Below, piece after piece: positions 16,576 to 25,412 of a stretch of 32,000 nt of DNA. Source of the stretch: Alkanindiges illinoisensis DSM 15370 (GTDB lineage Bacteria > Pseudomonadota > Gammaproteobacteria > Pseudomonadales > Moraxellaceae); assembly GCF_000619845.1 (NCBI RefSeq), contig NZ_JHUX01000009.1:30001-62000 (forward strand). Direction: 5' to 3'. The translations under genes and the position numbers were made by a program. How positions within the stretch are numbered: position 1 is the first letter of the stretch; every line of letters begins with the position of its first letter. The notes below the pieces were generated by a model. The model searched no databases, was not told the origin of the DNA, and saw nothing but the letters and a program-made list of their open reading frames with translations.

Positions 16576-17988
16576 ATGTTCTATTTTAATCTTTTTAAGC
16601 AGGCTAAATATGTCCTGTGTATCACCTCACTGACATTAATCAGCACTCCCCTCTGGGCTGAAAATGCACCAGCTGCAATCTTAACCACTCAGGCTCCCGC
16701 TGTAGGCTTACAGGAAAACCGGGCAGTTTTAACGCTGGATCAAGCCATTCAATTGGCGCAGCAATATCAGCCACTTCAGACCTTGTGGCAGAGCCGGCTA
16801 GAAATTGCTGAGGGCAATCTTAAGCAAAGTAGCTTATGGCAGAATCCTGAAATATCTTTTGAGCAAACTGGTTTTAAAAGTACCGTTGAACAAGAACGGA
16901 GCTTTGCTGTTTCACAAAAACTGGATTTGTTTGGTGTTCGTTCTGCTAAGAAAAAGCTGGCAACTATTACTTTAGATAGCGAGGCAACCAGACAATTGGC
17001 GTATCAGGCGCAGTTAAAACTGGCTGTTACTGCTGCATATTGGCGTGTTGCGCAGGCAGAGCGGCAATTGCAATTGATACAAGCACAGAGTCGCCTAAGT
17101 GAGGCTAGTGAGCAAGCTGCAAAACGTCGCCTAGAAGCCGGTCGCATCGCCGAAGTCGAGTATTCTCGCGTGCTCATTGCACATCAGCAAGTGTTGACTC
17201 AATTGGCTATGGCTCAAGCTGGTATAAAAGAGGTGCGGTTTCAGTTAGCAAGATTATGGGGTAATACTCAGCCTGTTTTTATCAGTACTGCTGCACTCAC
17301 GAGCAATAATATATGGCCTGAACTTGATGAAGCCGGATTAAATGTTTCCATACTACAGGATAGCCCACAGCAGCAATTATTGCAGCAACAGCAAAAACAG
17401 GCACAAGCTCGCCTTGTGTTGGCTAAAGCTCAGTCAAAACCACAACCCACTGTCAGTTTAGGCATTAACCAGACTCGCATACCCTCTATGCAAAATGATA
17501 TGGACAATCGTTTAACCCTTGGTGTGTCTATGCCTATTCCGGTATTTAACCGCAATCAGGGCATAATACAAGCTACTCAAGCACTAAGCCATATCAGTAT
17601 GGATCAGCAGCGTTATAACGTATCTTTGCGTGAGCAGCAAATTCAGGCTGGGCTAATTCGTTTGAATGCATTGTCGAGTCAGTATCAGCAGTTACAGCAG
17701 CATCAATTGCCACTGGCTAAATCTATTCAGCAAAAAACCTTAGAGGGCTTTGAGGTAGGCAAATTCTCGGTAACTGAGGTGCAGCAGGCTACCCGGGAGT
17801 ATCAGACAATCCAGTTTAATCAACTGCAACTATTGAGTCAGGCATGGCAATTGTCCCTGCAAATGCAAGCTATCAGTCTTGGGCTATCAGGCGAATTTGA
17901 TATGAACGATGCCAATTACATGGATAACAGCCAGCTTCAATTATGGCAGGACACACTTTCTATACCGCTTATGGGTACAGGGGAATAA
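16576..17988 (+). CDS. czcC: Outer-membrane factor of the RND heavy-metal efflux system
   Basis: 470 aa with a signal peptide. The two-repeat TolC/OprM-like pattern is Q- and L-rich. It lies upstream of the MFP and RND genes. Confidence 0.85.
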   Translation: MFYFNLFKQAKYVLCITSLTLISTPLWAENAPAAILTTQAPAVGLQENRAVLTLDQAIQLAQQYQPLQTLWQSRLEIAEGNLKQSSLWQNPEISFEQTGFKSTVEQERSFAVSQKLDLFGVRSAKKKLATITLDSEATRQLAYQAQLKLAVTAAYWRVAQAERQLQLIQAQSRLSEASEQAAKRRLEAGRIAEVEYSRVLIAHQQVLTQLAMAQAGIKEVRFQLARLWGNTQPVFISTAALTSNNIWPELDEAGLNVSILQDSPQQQLLQQQQKQAQARLVLAKAQSKPQPTVSLGINQTRIPSMQNDMDNRLTLGVSMPIPVFNRNQGIIQATQALSHISMDQQRYNVSLREQQIQAGLIRLNALSSQYQQLQQHQLPLAKSIQQKTLEGFEVGKFSVTEVQQATREYQTIQFNQLQLLSQAWQLSLQMQAISLGLSGEFDMNDANYMDNSQLQLWQDTLSIPLMGTGE

Positions 17989-17990
17989 GT

Positions 17991-19265
17991 ATGAATACAC
18001 CACACACCAATAGTAAAAAACAAATTTTTCTGATTCTGGCAATTATTGCTATCACTGCCGTGATTGCTATTTTCCTGATGTTCGCTGATAGTGCCGATAG
18101 TAAAAAAGAGGTGGAGACCGAAACAAAAACGGAAATTACTAAGGGGAAAGATAAGGAAGTAGGTCATGAGGGGCATGCTGAAGAGTCAGAACATGCGCAT
18201 GAGGCTTCGGAGGATATTGAGTTAAGTAACGCTCAGATTGCCAGTCAGCAGATTAAAATTGAAGCTGCCGGTATAGGTAGTATTAACCGTAATGTCAGCA
18301 TCCCTGGACGCTTATTGGTGAATGCCGACCAGCAAGCGCATATTTCCCCTAACTTTACTGGACGAGTAGAAGCGGTATATGTACAAACCGGGCAATACGT
18401 GAAAAAAGGTCAGCCTTTGGCAACCTTACTGGTACCTGAGTTGGTGGATTTGCAGGCTAATATTCGTATGATGCAATCGCAGCTAGAGTTGGCAAAAAGT
18501 AATTATCAGCGTGAGAAAAGTTTGTGGCAAAAAGGGATTTCTGCCAAGCAGGATTATTTGCTGGCTGAAAATCAGTTTAAGCAGGCACAAATTGAAGTGA
18601 GTGCTGCTAAGTCGCGGATTAATGCTTATGGCGCAGCCAGCCAGAGTGCCGGGCGTTTTGACCTCAAATCACCTATTAATGGTGTGATTAACAGTAAGGA
18701 TGTGGTGGTCGGTGAAAATGTACAAACAGCTACCCAGTTATTTCTGATTGACCGTCTGGATCAATTATGGCTTGAGTTTGTGGTGCCTGCCCAAATTGCT
18801 GATCAAATGATGCAGCGCTTTAACCAGCAAGCTAGCGTGAGTTTTAGTACCTCTGCAAACCAGCAAGGCTTTAAAGCCAAATTGATGACCTTGACCCCAA
18901 GTGCCGACATCCAGACTGGCCGGCTAGTGGCTCGTGCATTGGTTGACAATAGCAACATGCGGCTACGTCCAAATATGCTGGTCAATGTTCAAGTTCAGCA
19001 ACAGGCAATGGATCAAGCTGCCCAAGTTTTGGTAAAACGTACAGCAGTGCAGCAGGTGGAAGGTAGAGATGTCGTGTTTGTGGCTGAAAAGAATAAGGAA
19101 GGCGCACACTTTTCGCCCCATCCGGTAACTGTAGGCGCTGAAAGTACTGACCGTCAGTGGATTGCTATTACAAATGGTTTGAAGCAGGGAGAAGCTTATG
19201 TCTCTGAAGGCAGTTTTATCCTGAAATCTGAACTAGAAAAGGGCGAGGCTGAGCATGATCACTGA
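17991..19265 (+). CDS. czcB: Membrane fusion protein of the RND heavy-metal efflux system
   Basis: The ATG at 17991 (MNTPHTNSKKQIFLILAIIAITAVIAIFLMF) has an AGGGGA RBS and sits 2 nt after the czcC stop. I prefer it to the track start at 17943. The protein has a His/Glu-rich periplasmic segment (GHEGHAEESEHAHEASE) and an HlyD-like barrel/lipoyl pattern. Confidence 0.85.
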   Translation: MNTPHTNSKKQIFLILAIIAITAVIAIFLMFADSADSKKEVETETKTEITKGKDKEVGHEGHAEESEHAHEASEDIELSNAQIASQQIKIEAAGIGSINRNVSIPGRLLVNADQQAHISPNFTGRVEAVYVQTGQYVKKGQPLATLLVPELVDLQANIRMMQSQLELAKSNYQREKSLWQKGISAKQDYLLAENQFKQAQIEVSAAKSRINAYGAASQSAGRFDLKSPINGVINSKDVVVGENVQTATQLFLIDRLDQLWLEFVVPAQIADQMMQRFNQQASVSFSTSANQQGFKAKLMTLTPSADIQTGRLVARALVDNSNMRLRPNMLVNVQVQQQAMDQAAQVLVKRTAVQQVEGRDVVFVAEKNKEGAHFSPHPVTVGAESTDRQWIAITNGLKQGEAYVSEGSFILKSELEKGEAEHDH

Positions 19266-22200
19266 TAATGACAGTGCAAATAATGCACAACAAGCTTCTT
19301 TGAACAATTCGGCAAAAGACTCACCTAATAAGCAGGAGAATCAGATTAAGTTAGAGGGGTGGTTTGACCGGATTATCCAGACTTCTATCCATTTGCGAGG
19401 CTGGGTAATGCTACTGATACTGGGACTGGTAGCCATTGGCATAATGAGTTACCAGAAGCTGCCCATTGATGCCGTACCGGACATCACTAATGTACAGGTA
19501 CAAATTAACAGTGCTGCCCCCGGTTTCACTGCACTGGAAGCCGAGCAACGCATTACCTATCCCATTGAGCGAGTGATGGCGGGGCTTCCTCAACTGGAAT
19601 TAACCCGCTCTATTTCACGTTATGGTCTATCACAGGTCACTATTGTTTTTGAGGACGGCACCGATATTTATTGGGCACGTCAACTGATTAACCAGCGTTT
19701 GCAGGAAGCCAAAAGTCAGATGCCCGAAGGCATTGAACCCATCATGTCACCTATTTCCACGGGTTTAGGTGAAATTTATTTATGGACTCTTAGTGCGGCA
19801 CCTGATGCTAAAAAAGCTGATGGTACAGCTTATACGCCAGCAGACTTGCGTGAAGTACAGGACTGGGTCGTACGTCCGCAGCTACAGCGTGTACCTGGTG
19901 TGGCAGAGATAAACACTATTGGTGGTTTCACCAAGCAGTATTTAGTGCAGCCGAACTTCAATGCACTGCAAGGTTATGACTTGGGTATTGAAGATATCCG
20001 TATTGCTTTAAGTCTGAATAATGAAAACCGCGGTGCAGGCTTTGTTGATGAGAATGGCCAGCAACTGACGGTGCGAGTACCTGGCCAGTTAGGGAGTCTG
20101 CTGGATATTGGCGATGTTGTGGTGAGCCAAAAAAATGGTATTCCCATTAAGGTATCCGATGTAGCCACGGTTAGCATTGGACATGATTTGCGCACTGGAG
20201 CTGCGACGATGAATGGCCAGGAAACCGTGCTTGGTACTGCCATGATGATGATGGGTGCTAACAGCCGGGTAGTGTCTCAGGCGGTGGATGAAAAGATTCA
20301 GGAGGTAAAGCGTAGCCTACCCAAAGGGGTAGTTTTAGACACCGTTTATAACCGTACCACCCTGGTAGATAAAGCGATTGCTACGGTTCAGAAAAACCTG
20401 ATTGAAGGGGCTATTTTAGTTATTGCAGTATTATTCCTGTTTTTAGGCAATATTCGCGCAGCAATTATTACTGCCTGTGTAATCCCGCTATCCATGCTGT
20501 TTACTTTGACTGGCATGGTGCAGCAGAACATTAGTGCTAACCTGATGAGTCTGGGTGCGCTGGATTTTGGCATCATTATTGATGGTGCTGTAGTAATTGT
20601 TGAAAACTGCATTCGCCGTCTGGCCGAAGAACAGCATCGTCAAGGACGCCTACTAACTCGGCAGGAACGGTTTACTCAGGTTTTTCTAGCGGCTAAGCAG
20701 GCACGCCGACCACTGATTTTTGGACAATTGATTATCCTTGTAGTATATCTGCCAATTTTTGCCTTGACTGGCGTAGAGGCCAAGCTATTTCACCCGATGG
20801 CAATGACCGTCGTGATTGCGCTAATAGGTGCCATGATTTTATCTGTAACTTTTGTACCAGCTGCTGTGGCTCTGTTTATTACGGGTAAAGTTGAGGAAAA
20901 AGAGAATCGGGTAATGCGTACCTTAAAGCGTTGGTATTTGAGCACTTTAAATAATGCCTATGCCTTTAAAAATGTCATGGTAGTAGTGGCATTAGCAATC
21001 CTGTTACTTACTGGTTTAATAGCGACTAAGTTAGGTAGTGAATTTGCACCCACTTTAAGTGAGGGAGATTTTGCTTTGCAATCCATGCGTGCGCCTAGTA
21101 CTTCACTCGAAGAGTCGCTGCGTATGCAGGAGAGAATGGAAGCTGCACTGTTAAAGCAGTTCCCGGAAATTGACCGGATTTTTGCTCGTACGGGTACGGC
21201 TGAGGTGGCAACTGATGTAATGCCGCCAAATATTTCTGATGGTTACATCATGCTAAAACCGAAAAGTGAGTGGCCAGACCAGCAGCAAACCTTACCTGAG
21301 CTGCGTGAGCGCTTGCAGGAAGTGGTGGAACATCAGGTAGGTGCTGTCAGTGAATTTTCCCAGCCGATTGAATTACGTTTTAACGAGCTGATTTCTGGTA
21401 TTCGTAGTGATGTGGGTGTGAAAATCTTTGGTGATGATATGCAGGTGTTAAACCAGCAGGCTGAAATTATTGCTGCCAAACTACGACAGATTAATGGGGC
21501 AGCAGATGTAAAAGTAGAGCAAACCAGCGGGTTACCTCTACTTACTATAGAAATCAAGCGAGATGCCGCTGCATTATATGGCCTAAATACCAAGCAAATT
21601 CAGGATACGGTTGCTACGGCCATTGGTGGTACGATAGGTGGACAGATTTTACAGGGTGATCGCCGTTTTGATTTAGTGATTCGCCAAAATGATCAGATGC
21701 GTAATCCGGAACAGCTGGCACAGTTGCCTATCCGCCTAAATACGGGTGGTGTAGTGGCACTATCGCAAGTCGCGGATGTACGTACAGTACTGGGCATCAG
21801 CCAGATGAGCCGTGAAAACGGCAAGCGTCGTGTGGTGGTCACCACTAATGTAAACGGGCGTGATCTTGGTTCCTTTGTAGCAGATTTACAGAGTGCTGTG
21901 CGTGAGGTACAGCTGCCAACTGGTTACTGGGTAGACTATGGTGGCCAGTTTGAAAATCTGCAATCTGCCAGCAAGCGTATGCAGCTTGTAGTGCCATTGG
22001 CTTTGTTCCTAGTGTTTGCTCTGCTAATAGCAGTATTTAGTAATATTCGCGACAGTATACTGGTGTTTAGCGGTGTACCATTTGCCCTAACTGGTGGGGT
22101 GGTTGCTCTATGGTTACGTGATATCCCATTTTCAATGTCCGCCGGGGTGGGATTTATTGCCCTGTCAGGTGTTGCAGTTTTAAATGGCTTGGTCATGCTC

Positions 22201-22512
22201 AGTTTTATTCGTGAGTTACGTGAGAATGGTTTAAGTGTGTATCAGGCCACTTGGCAGGGCGCAATTTTGCGTTTGCGTCCTGTGCTGATGACGGCATTTG
22301 TTGCTTCGCTGGGTTTTGTACCAATGGCGCTAGCCACAGGAACTGGCGCAGAAGTACAGCGTCCCCTGGCAACTGTGGTGATAGGCGGAATTATTTCCTC
22401 TACCCTGTTAACGCTGCTTTTCCTACCGGTGGTATACCGTTGGATAAATAGCCGTGCTGATAAGGTAAAAGATATTGAAGATAAATCTAATAGGGAACTG
22501 TTACAGATATAG
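19255..22512 (+). CDS. czcA: RND heavy-metal efflux pump (HME-RND, CzcA-like)
   Basis: 1085 aa with 12 TM helices and two large periplasmic loops. It has typical CzcA/CusA-family blocks (GALDFGIIIDGAVVIVEN; VGFIALSGVAVLNGLVM). An N-terminal extension of about 35 aa precedes the usual start. It overlaps the czcB stop. Confidence 0.92.
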   Translation: MITDNDSANNAQQASLNNSAKDSPNKQENQIKLEGWFDRIIQTSIHLRGWVMLLILGLVAIGIMSYQKLPIDAVPDITNVQVQINSAAPGFTALEAEQRITYPIERVMAGLPQLELTRSISRYGLSQVTIVFEDGTDIYWARQLINQRLQEAKSQMPEGIEPIMSPISTGLGEIYLWTLSAAPDAKKADGTAYTPADLREVQDWVVRPQLQRVPGVAEINTIGGFTKQYLVQPNFNALQGYDLGIEDIRIALSLNNENRGAGFVDENGQQLTVRVPGQLGSLLDIGDVVVSQKNGIPIKVSDVATVSIGHDLRTGAATMNGQETVLGTAMMMMGANSRVVSQAVDEKIQEVKRSLPKGVVLDTVYNRTTLVDKAIATVQKNLIEGAILVIAVLFLFLGNIRAAIITACVIPLSMLFTLTGMVQQNISANLMSLGALDFGIIIDGAVVIVENCIRRLAEEQHRQGRLLTRQERFTQVFLAAKQARRPLIFGQLIILVVYLPIFALTGVEAKLFHPMAMTVVIALIGAMILSVTFVPAAVALFITGKVEEKENRVMRTLKRWYLSTLNNAYAFKNVMVVVALAILLLTGLIATKLGSEFAPTLSEGDFALQSMRAPSTSLEESLRMQERMEAALLKQFPEIDRIFARTGTAEVATDVMPPNISDGYIMLKPKSEWPDQQQTLPELRERLQEVVEHQVGAVSEFSQPIELRFNELISGIRSDVGVKIFGDDMQVLNQQAEIIAAKLRQINGAADVKVEQTSGLPLLTIEIKRDAAALYGLNTKQIQDTVATAIGGTIGGQILQGDRRFDLVIRQNDQMRNPEQLAQLPIRLNTGGVVALSQVADVRTVLGISQMSRENGKRRVVVTTNVNGRDLGSFVADLQSAVREVQLPTGYWVDYGGQFENLQSASKRMQLVVPLALFLVFALLIAVFSNIRDSILVFSGVPFALTGGVVALWLRDIPFSMSAGVGFIALSGVAVLNGLVMLSFIRELRENGLSVYQATWQGAILRLRPVLMTAFVASLGFVPMALATGTGAEVQRPLATVVIGGIISSTLLTLLFLPVVYRWINSRADKVKDIEDKSNRELLQI

Positions 22513-22536
22513 GGATATTCAGATACTCAACTGAAT

Positions 22537-22562
22537 AAAGGCTTGTCCTAGGACAAGCCTTT
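22537..22562. terminator. 26-bp perfect palindrome after czcA (terminator-like)
   Basis: AAAGGCTTGTCCT|AGGACAAGCCTTT lies 25 nt after the czcA stop. The T-tract is short (TTTCCTT). Confidence 0.5.
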
Positions 22563-22810
22563 CCTTCTATCGTACTCGTGCTCCTCTATTTATTTAAAAA
22601 AGGAGTCGCGTATTTTCTATTTGGATACTTACTCCCTGACAATTTATATTTTTTCTCCAAATAACCGAACAGCTTTTTCAATACTACTAGGGTTTTTATT
22701 ACTTAGTTTGTTGACAGTATCCAATAGATGCTGGCATGAGCAAGCAGAGATTAGTATTTATACAGTTCATCTATAACCAACAACAGAGTGCTCTTCTGAG
22801 GAGAAGGCGT

Positions 22811-23746
22811 ATGAGCGGCAACCATAATCATAGCCACGTTCCCACTGGTCAAGGTAATAGCAAACGTTTATGGATGGCTTTGGGGCTGACCGCATCGTTT
22901 CTTATCGTTGAAGTGGTAGGCGGCATTATCACCCAGAGTCTGGCGTTGTTGTCTGATGCGGCACATATGTTTACTGATGTGACTGCTTTGGTAATTGCTT
23001 TAGTGGCCATGCAGATAGCCAAACGCCCAGCTGACCGCAAGCGTACCTTTGGCTATCACCGCTTTGAAATTCTAGCGGCAGCATTTAATGCGTTACTACT
23101 ATTTGCCGTGGCTTTTTATATTCTTTATGAAGCATGGGTACGTTTTCAAAACCCTCCCGAAATTCACTCAACGGGCATGCTGGTGATTGCAGCTTTTGGC
23201 TTGTTAATTAATGTAGTTGCTATGTTTTTACTAATGGGTGGTCAAAAAGACAGCCTAAATGTTAAGGGAGCTTATCTTGAAGTTTTGGCCGACGCACTAG
23301 GATCAATAGGAGTAATTATTGGTGCACTGGTTATCAAGTTTACCAGTTGGTTATGGGTAGATAGCGCCATTGCCGTTGCTATCGGCTTTTGGGTATTGCC
23401 GCGTACATGGATACTTTTGCGCGACAGTGTGAATATCTTACTCGAAGGTGTGCCTGCTGATATTAATCTGGATTCTATTGAAGCAGATTTAAAGGCACTG
23501 GATAAAGTCACAGGCGTCCATGATTTGCATGTATGGTCAATCACCAGCGGTAAACATACTTTGACTGCCCACTTGGTAGTTACTACCACAGATTGGCAAA
23601 AAGTTCTGGATGCGGCACAATTAATGCTGGCAAAAAATTACCAATTAAATCATGTGACCATTCAGTGTGAAAATGCAATATGTGAGGTAGGTCATATTGA
23701 TGCCCATCAATTTAAACAGACTTCAGAAACTCACGATGATGCTTAG
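22811..23746 (+). CDS. czcD: Cation diffusion facilitator CzcD/ZitB-type
   Basis: The ATG at 22811 (MSGNHNHSHVP...) has a GAGGAGAAGG RBS. I prefer it to the track start at 22736. CDF motifs are present (LALLSDAAHMFTD; HDLHVWSITSG), along with a His-rich N-terminus and a C-terminal domain. Confidence 0.9.
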   Translation: MSGNHNHSHVPTGQGNSKRLWMALGLTASFLIVEVVGGIITQSLALLSDAAHMFTDVTALVIALVAMQIAKRPADRKRTFGYHRFEILAAAFNALLLFAVAFYILYEAWVRFQNPPEIHSTGMLVIAAFGLLINVVAMFLLMGGQKDSLNVKGAYLEVLADALGSIGVIIGALVIKFTSWLWVDSAIAVAIGFWVLPRTWILLRDSVNILLEGVPADINLDSIEADLKALDKVTGVHDLHVWSITSGKHTLTAHLVVTTTDWQKVLDAAQLMLAKNYQLNHVTIQCENAICEVGHIDAHQFKQTSETHDDA

Positions 23747-23821
23747 ATACGGGAAGTCAATGATGGCCAAGTTGCTGGCATTTATGTTGAGCATGCACTC
23801 AATTATAAAATCATTGTCAAA

Positions 23822-24034
23822 ATGAAAGGTATTGCGACCAATAAGCAAGCCCTGCATAAAACGGCAGATGTTCACGCTCCAGTACAGCCGCCGGAAATTA
23901 AGTTTATTACCGTGGGGAAACAACAGGGTAGCCGGGAAGGGGATGGTTCGGCATTGCAGGGTACTTTATATATTAAAGGTGCCTGTATCTATGCAAAGGC
24001 AGTGACCAATGAGCTGTATTTGATGCCAGTATGA
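23822..24034 (+). CDS. Hypothetical small protein (70 aa)
   Basis: The ORF is supported only by its ATGA overlap with the next small ORF. No family recognised. Confidence 0.25.
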   Translation: MKGIATNKQALHKTADVHAPVQPPEIKFITVGKQQGSREGDGSALQGTLYIKGACIYAKAVTNELYLMPV

Positions 24035-24225
24035 TTCCTGATGTGTATTGGGATGATCGTCAACAATCTTTGATTTCGTCCGAAAGAAAGTTGATTAAAT
24101 CAGGTGATCGGATAATGCTGAGTGGTTCAACCTATACAGGGCCACAAGGACAGCTAAACTGGACAACAGCACCTGATAAAACGTGTGATCTGACCAATAT
24201 CTGGATTGCTAATTCAATCAGTTAA
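24031..24225 (+). CDS. Hypothetical small protein (64 aa)
   Basis: The ORF is translationally coupled to the previous one. A hairpin with a T-tract follows 14 nt downstream. No family recognised. Confidence 0.3.
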   Translation: MIPDVYWDDRQQSLISSERKLIKSGDRIMLSGSTYTGPQGQLNWTTAPDKTCDLTNIWIANSIS

Positions 24226-24238
24226 TCCAACACAAAGG

Positions 24239-24263
24239 GGCTTTCGTTAACGAAAGCCTTTTT
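24239..24263. terminator. Hairpin with T-tract; second copy of the GCTTTCGTTAACGAAAGC palindrome
   Basis: GGCTTTCGTT|AACGAAAGCC (20-bp perfect palindrome) is followed by TTTTT and preceded by AAAGG. It lies between the convergent ends of the small ORFs (24225) and the 4-TM gene (24290). Confidence 0.65.
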
Positions 24264-24289
24264 ATAAGCAAAGCAAGAAGTTGATAGAT

Positions 24290-24706
24290 TTAATTACCAA
24301 AAAAATATTCTATTAAAACTATAAGCTTAGGCCATAAAATGTATAGAAAAGGGGTTAGGATAATTAGAAATAGCCCCCTTTGTATCTTACTTTCTTTCCA
24401 GCCATGTACCATGCCTATGACTAACACGCCAACTATGGCAAACAGAATAGATAAAGTAGTTAAGATGATATGACTTGGCTTGCCTAAACTTATATTTATT
24501 GGAAAGTCATCTACGGTTGGACTGGTTTGTATTAGTGGGAATAATTCAACGCCTTTCCAAATTGCAAAAAGGAAGAAAGCAATTAGAGAAAGGCTAAATA
24601 AAAATTTCTCAAAAAAACTTGCTGTACGACCTTTGGTCATTACAGAGACACCAAAGATTAAATATATTATTGCGCCGATTAATTGAAGTTCATTGATAGC
24701 GTCCAT
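24290..24706 (-). CDS. Small integral membrane protein (about 4 TM helices), unknown function
   Basis: 138 aa with four hydrophobic segments (LIGAIIYLIFGVSVM; FLFSLSLIAFFLFAIW; IILTTLSILFAIVGVLVIGMV; LFLIILTPFLYILW). It starts 11 nt after the recombinase stop. Confidence 0.55.
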   Translation of the reverse strand: MDAINELQLIGAIIYLIFGVSVMTKGRTASFFEKFLFSLSLIAFFLFAIWKGVELFPLIQTSPTVDDFPINISLGKPSHIILTTLSILFAIVGVLVIGMVHGWKESKIQRGLFLIILTPFLYILWPKLIVLIEYFFGN

Positions 24707-24717
24707 TGGATTAATTC

Positions 24718-25410
24718 CTAAGCTTTAATTGCTATAGTATTGTTTGAATCGGCCTGAATATCTGACAGCTTCTTTTCTTCAATTTCCTGTTGCTTGATCT
24801 TTTTGATATAACGCCAGATGGTTTGATAATGAACCTGATATTTCGCCGTTAATTCTTTTGGTGTTAAAACATCCTTATCATTTTTCAGCTCAGCGAGTTG
24901 AGCCTCGGTTAAAGCCGGTTTTCTACCTTTATATTTTCCTTTACGCTTGGCCACTGCAATCCCTTCACGCTGGGCTTCCCGGATTAAAGCCCGTTTGAAT
25001 TCTGCCACAGCGCCCACCACATGAAACAGGAATTTATCCATAGGGTTGTCGCTATTTGCAGTGAAAGTGATATTTTCCTTATTAAATTTTACAGTGACCC
25101 CTTTGCCATTTAAGGTTTTAACTATATTGATCAGGTTTTCCAAGTCACGCGCCATGCGATCCATACTATGGACTAGTACCGTATCACCTTCGCGCACATA
25201 CTCAATGAGTTCATCCAGTGCCGGTCTATTTTTCTTGGCTCCACTGATTTTGTCAGTAAAAACCTTATCCAGCTTAAAACCGGCCAGTTGCCGTTCCGTA
25301 TTCTGGTCTACACTGGATACCCGGATATATCCCACTGTCTGGGTTTTAGCATTGTGATTGATGACTTCCTCAATATCGACGGTTTGATCATCCTGGGCGT
25401 GCTTGACCAT
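24718..25410 (-). CDS. Small serine recombinase (resolvase/invertase family)
   Basis: 230 aa. The catalytic N-terminal block is VGYIRVSSVDQNTERQ ... GDTVLVHSMDRMARD. A C-terminal HTH is present (TPKELTAKYQVHYQTIWRYIKK). A leader of about 26 aa precedes the catalytic block. Confidence 0.9.
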   Translation of the reverse strand: MVKHAQDDQTVDIEEVINHNAKTQTVGYIRVSSVDQNTERQLAGFKLDKVFTDKISGAKKNRPALDELIEYVREGDTVLVHSMDRMARDLENLINIVKTLNGKGVTVKFNKENITFTANSDNPMDKFLFHVVGAVAEFKRALIREAQREGIAVAKRKGKYKGRKPALTEAQLAELKNDKDVLTPKELTAKYQVHYQTIWRYIKKIKQQEIEEKKLSDIQADSNNTIAIKA

Positions 25411-25412
25411 AA

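Noticed and set aside
17943-17990. Upstream extension of czcB (track start at 17943), and the similar extension of czcD (22736-22810)
   Set aside because: The internal ATGs at 17991 and 22811 have good Shine-Dalgarno sequences and give N-termini typical of the families. The czcB extension also overlaps the czcC 3' end.
19411-22451. Several 60-90-aa ORFs antisense to, or out of frame with, czcA (for example 19974-20243, 20388-20612, 21333-21593, 21936-22196, 22251-22451)
   Set aside because: These are shadow ORFs of a long, confidently identified RND pump gene, with no independent support.
24718-25410. Serine recombinase considered as evidence for a Tn3-family transposon or an invertible-DNA switch
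   Set aside because: No transposase gene or terminal inverted repeats are present in the window. The only inverted repeats nearby are 13-bp arms separated by 20 bp, too close to define an invertible segment. A resolution or regulatory role fits better.
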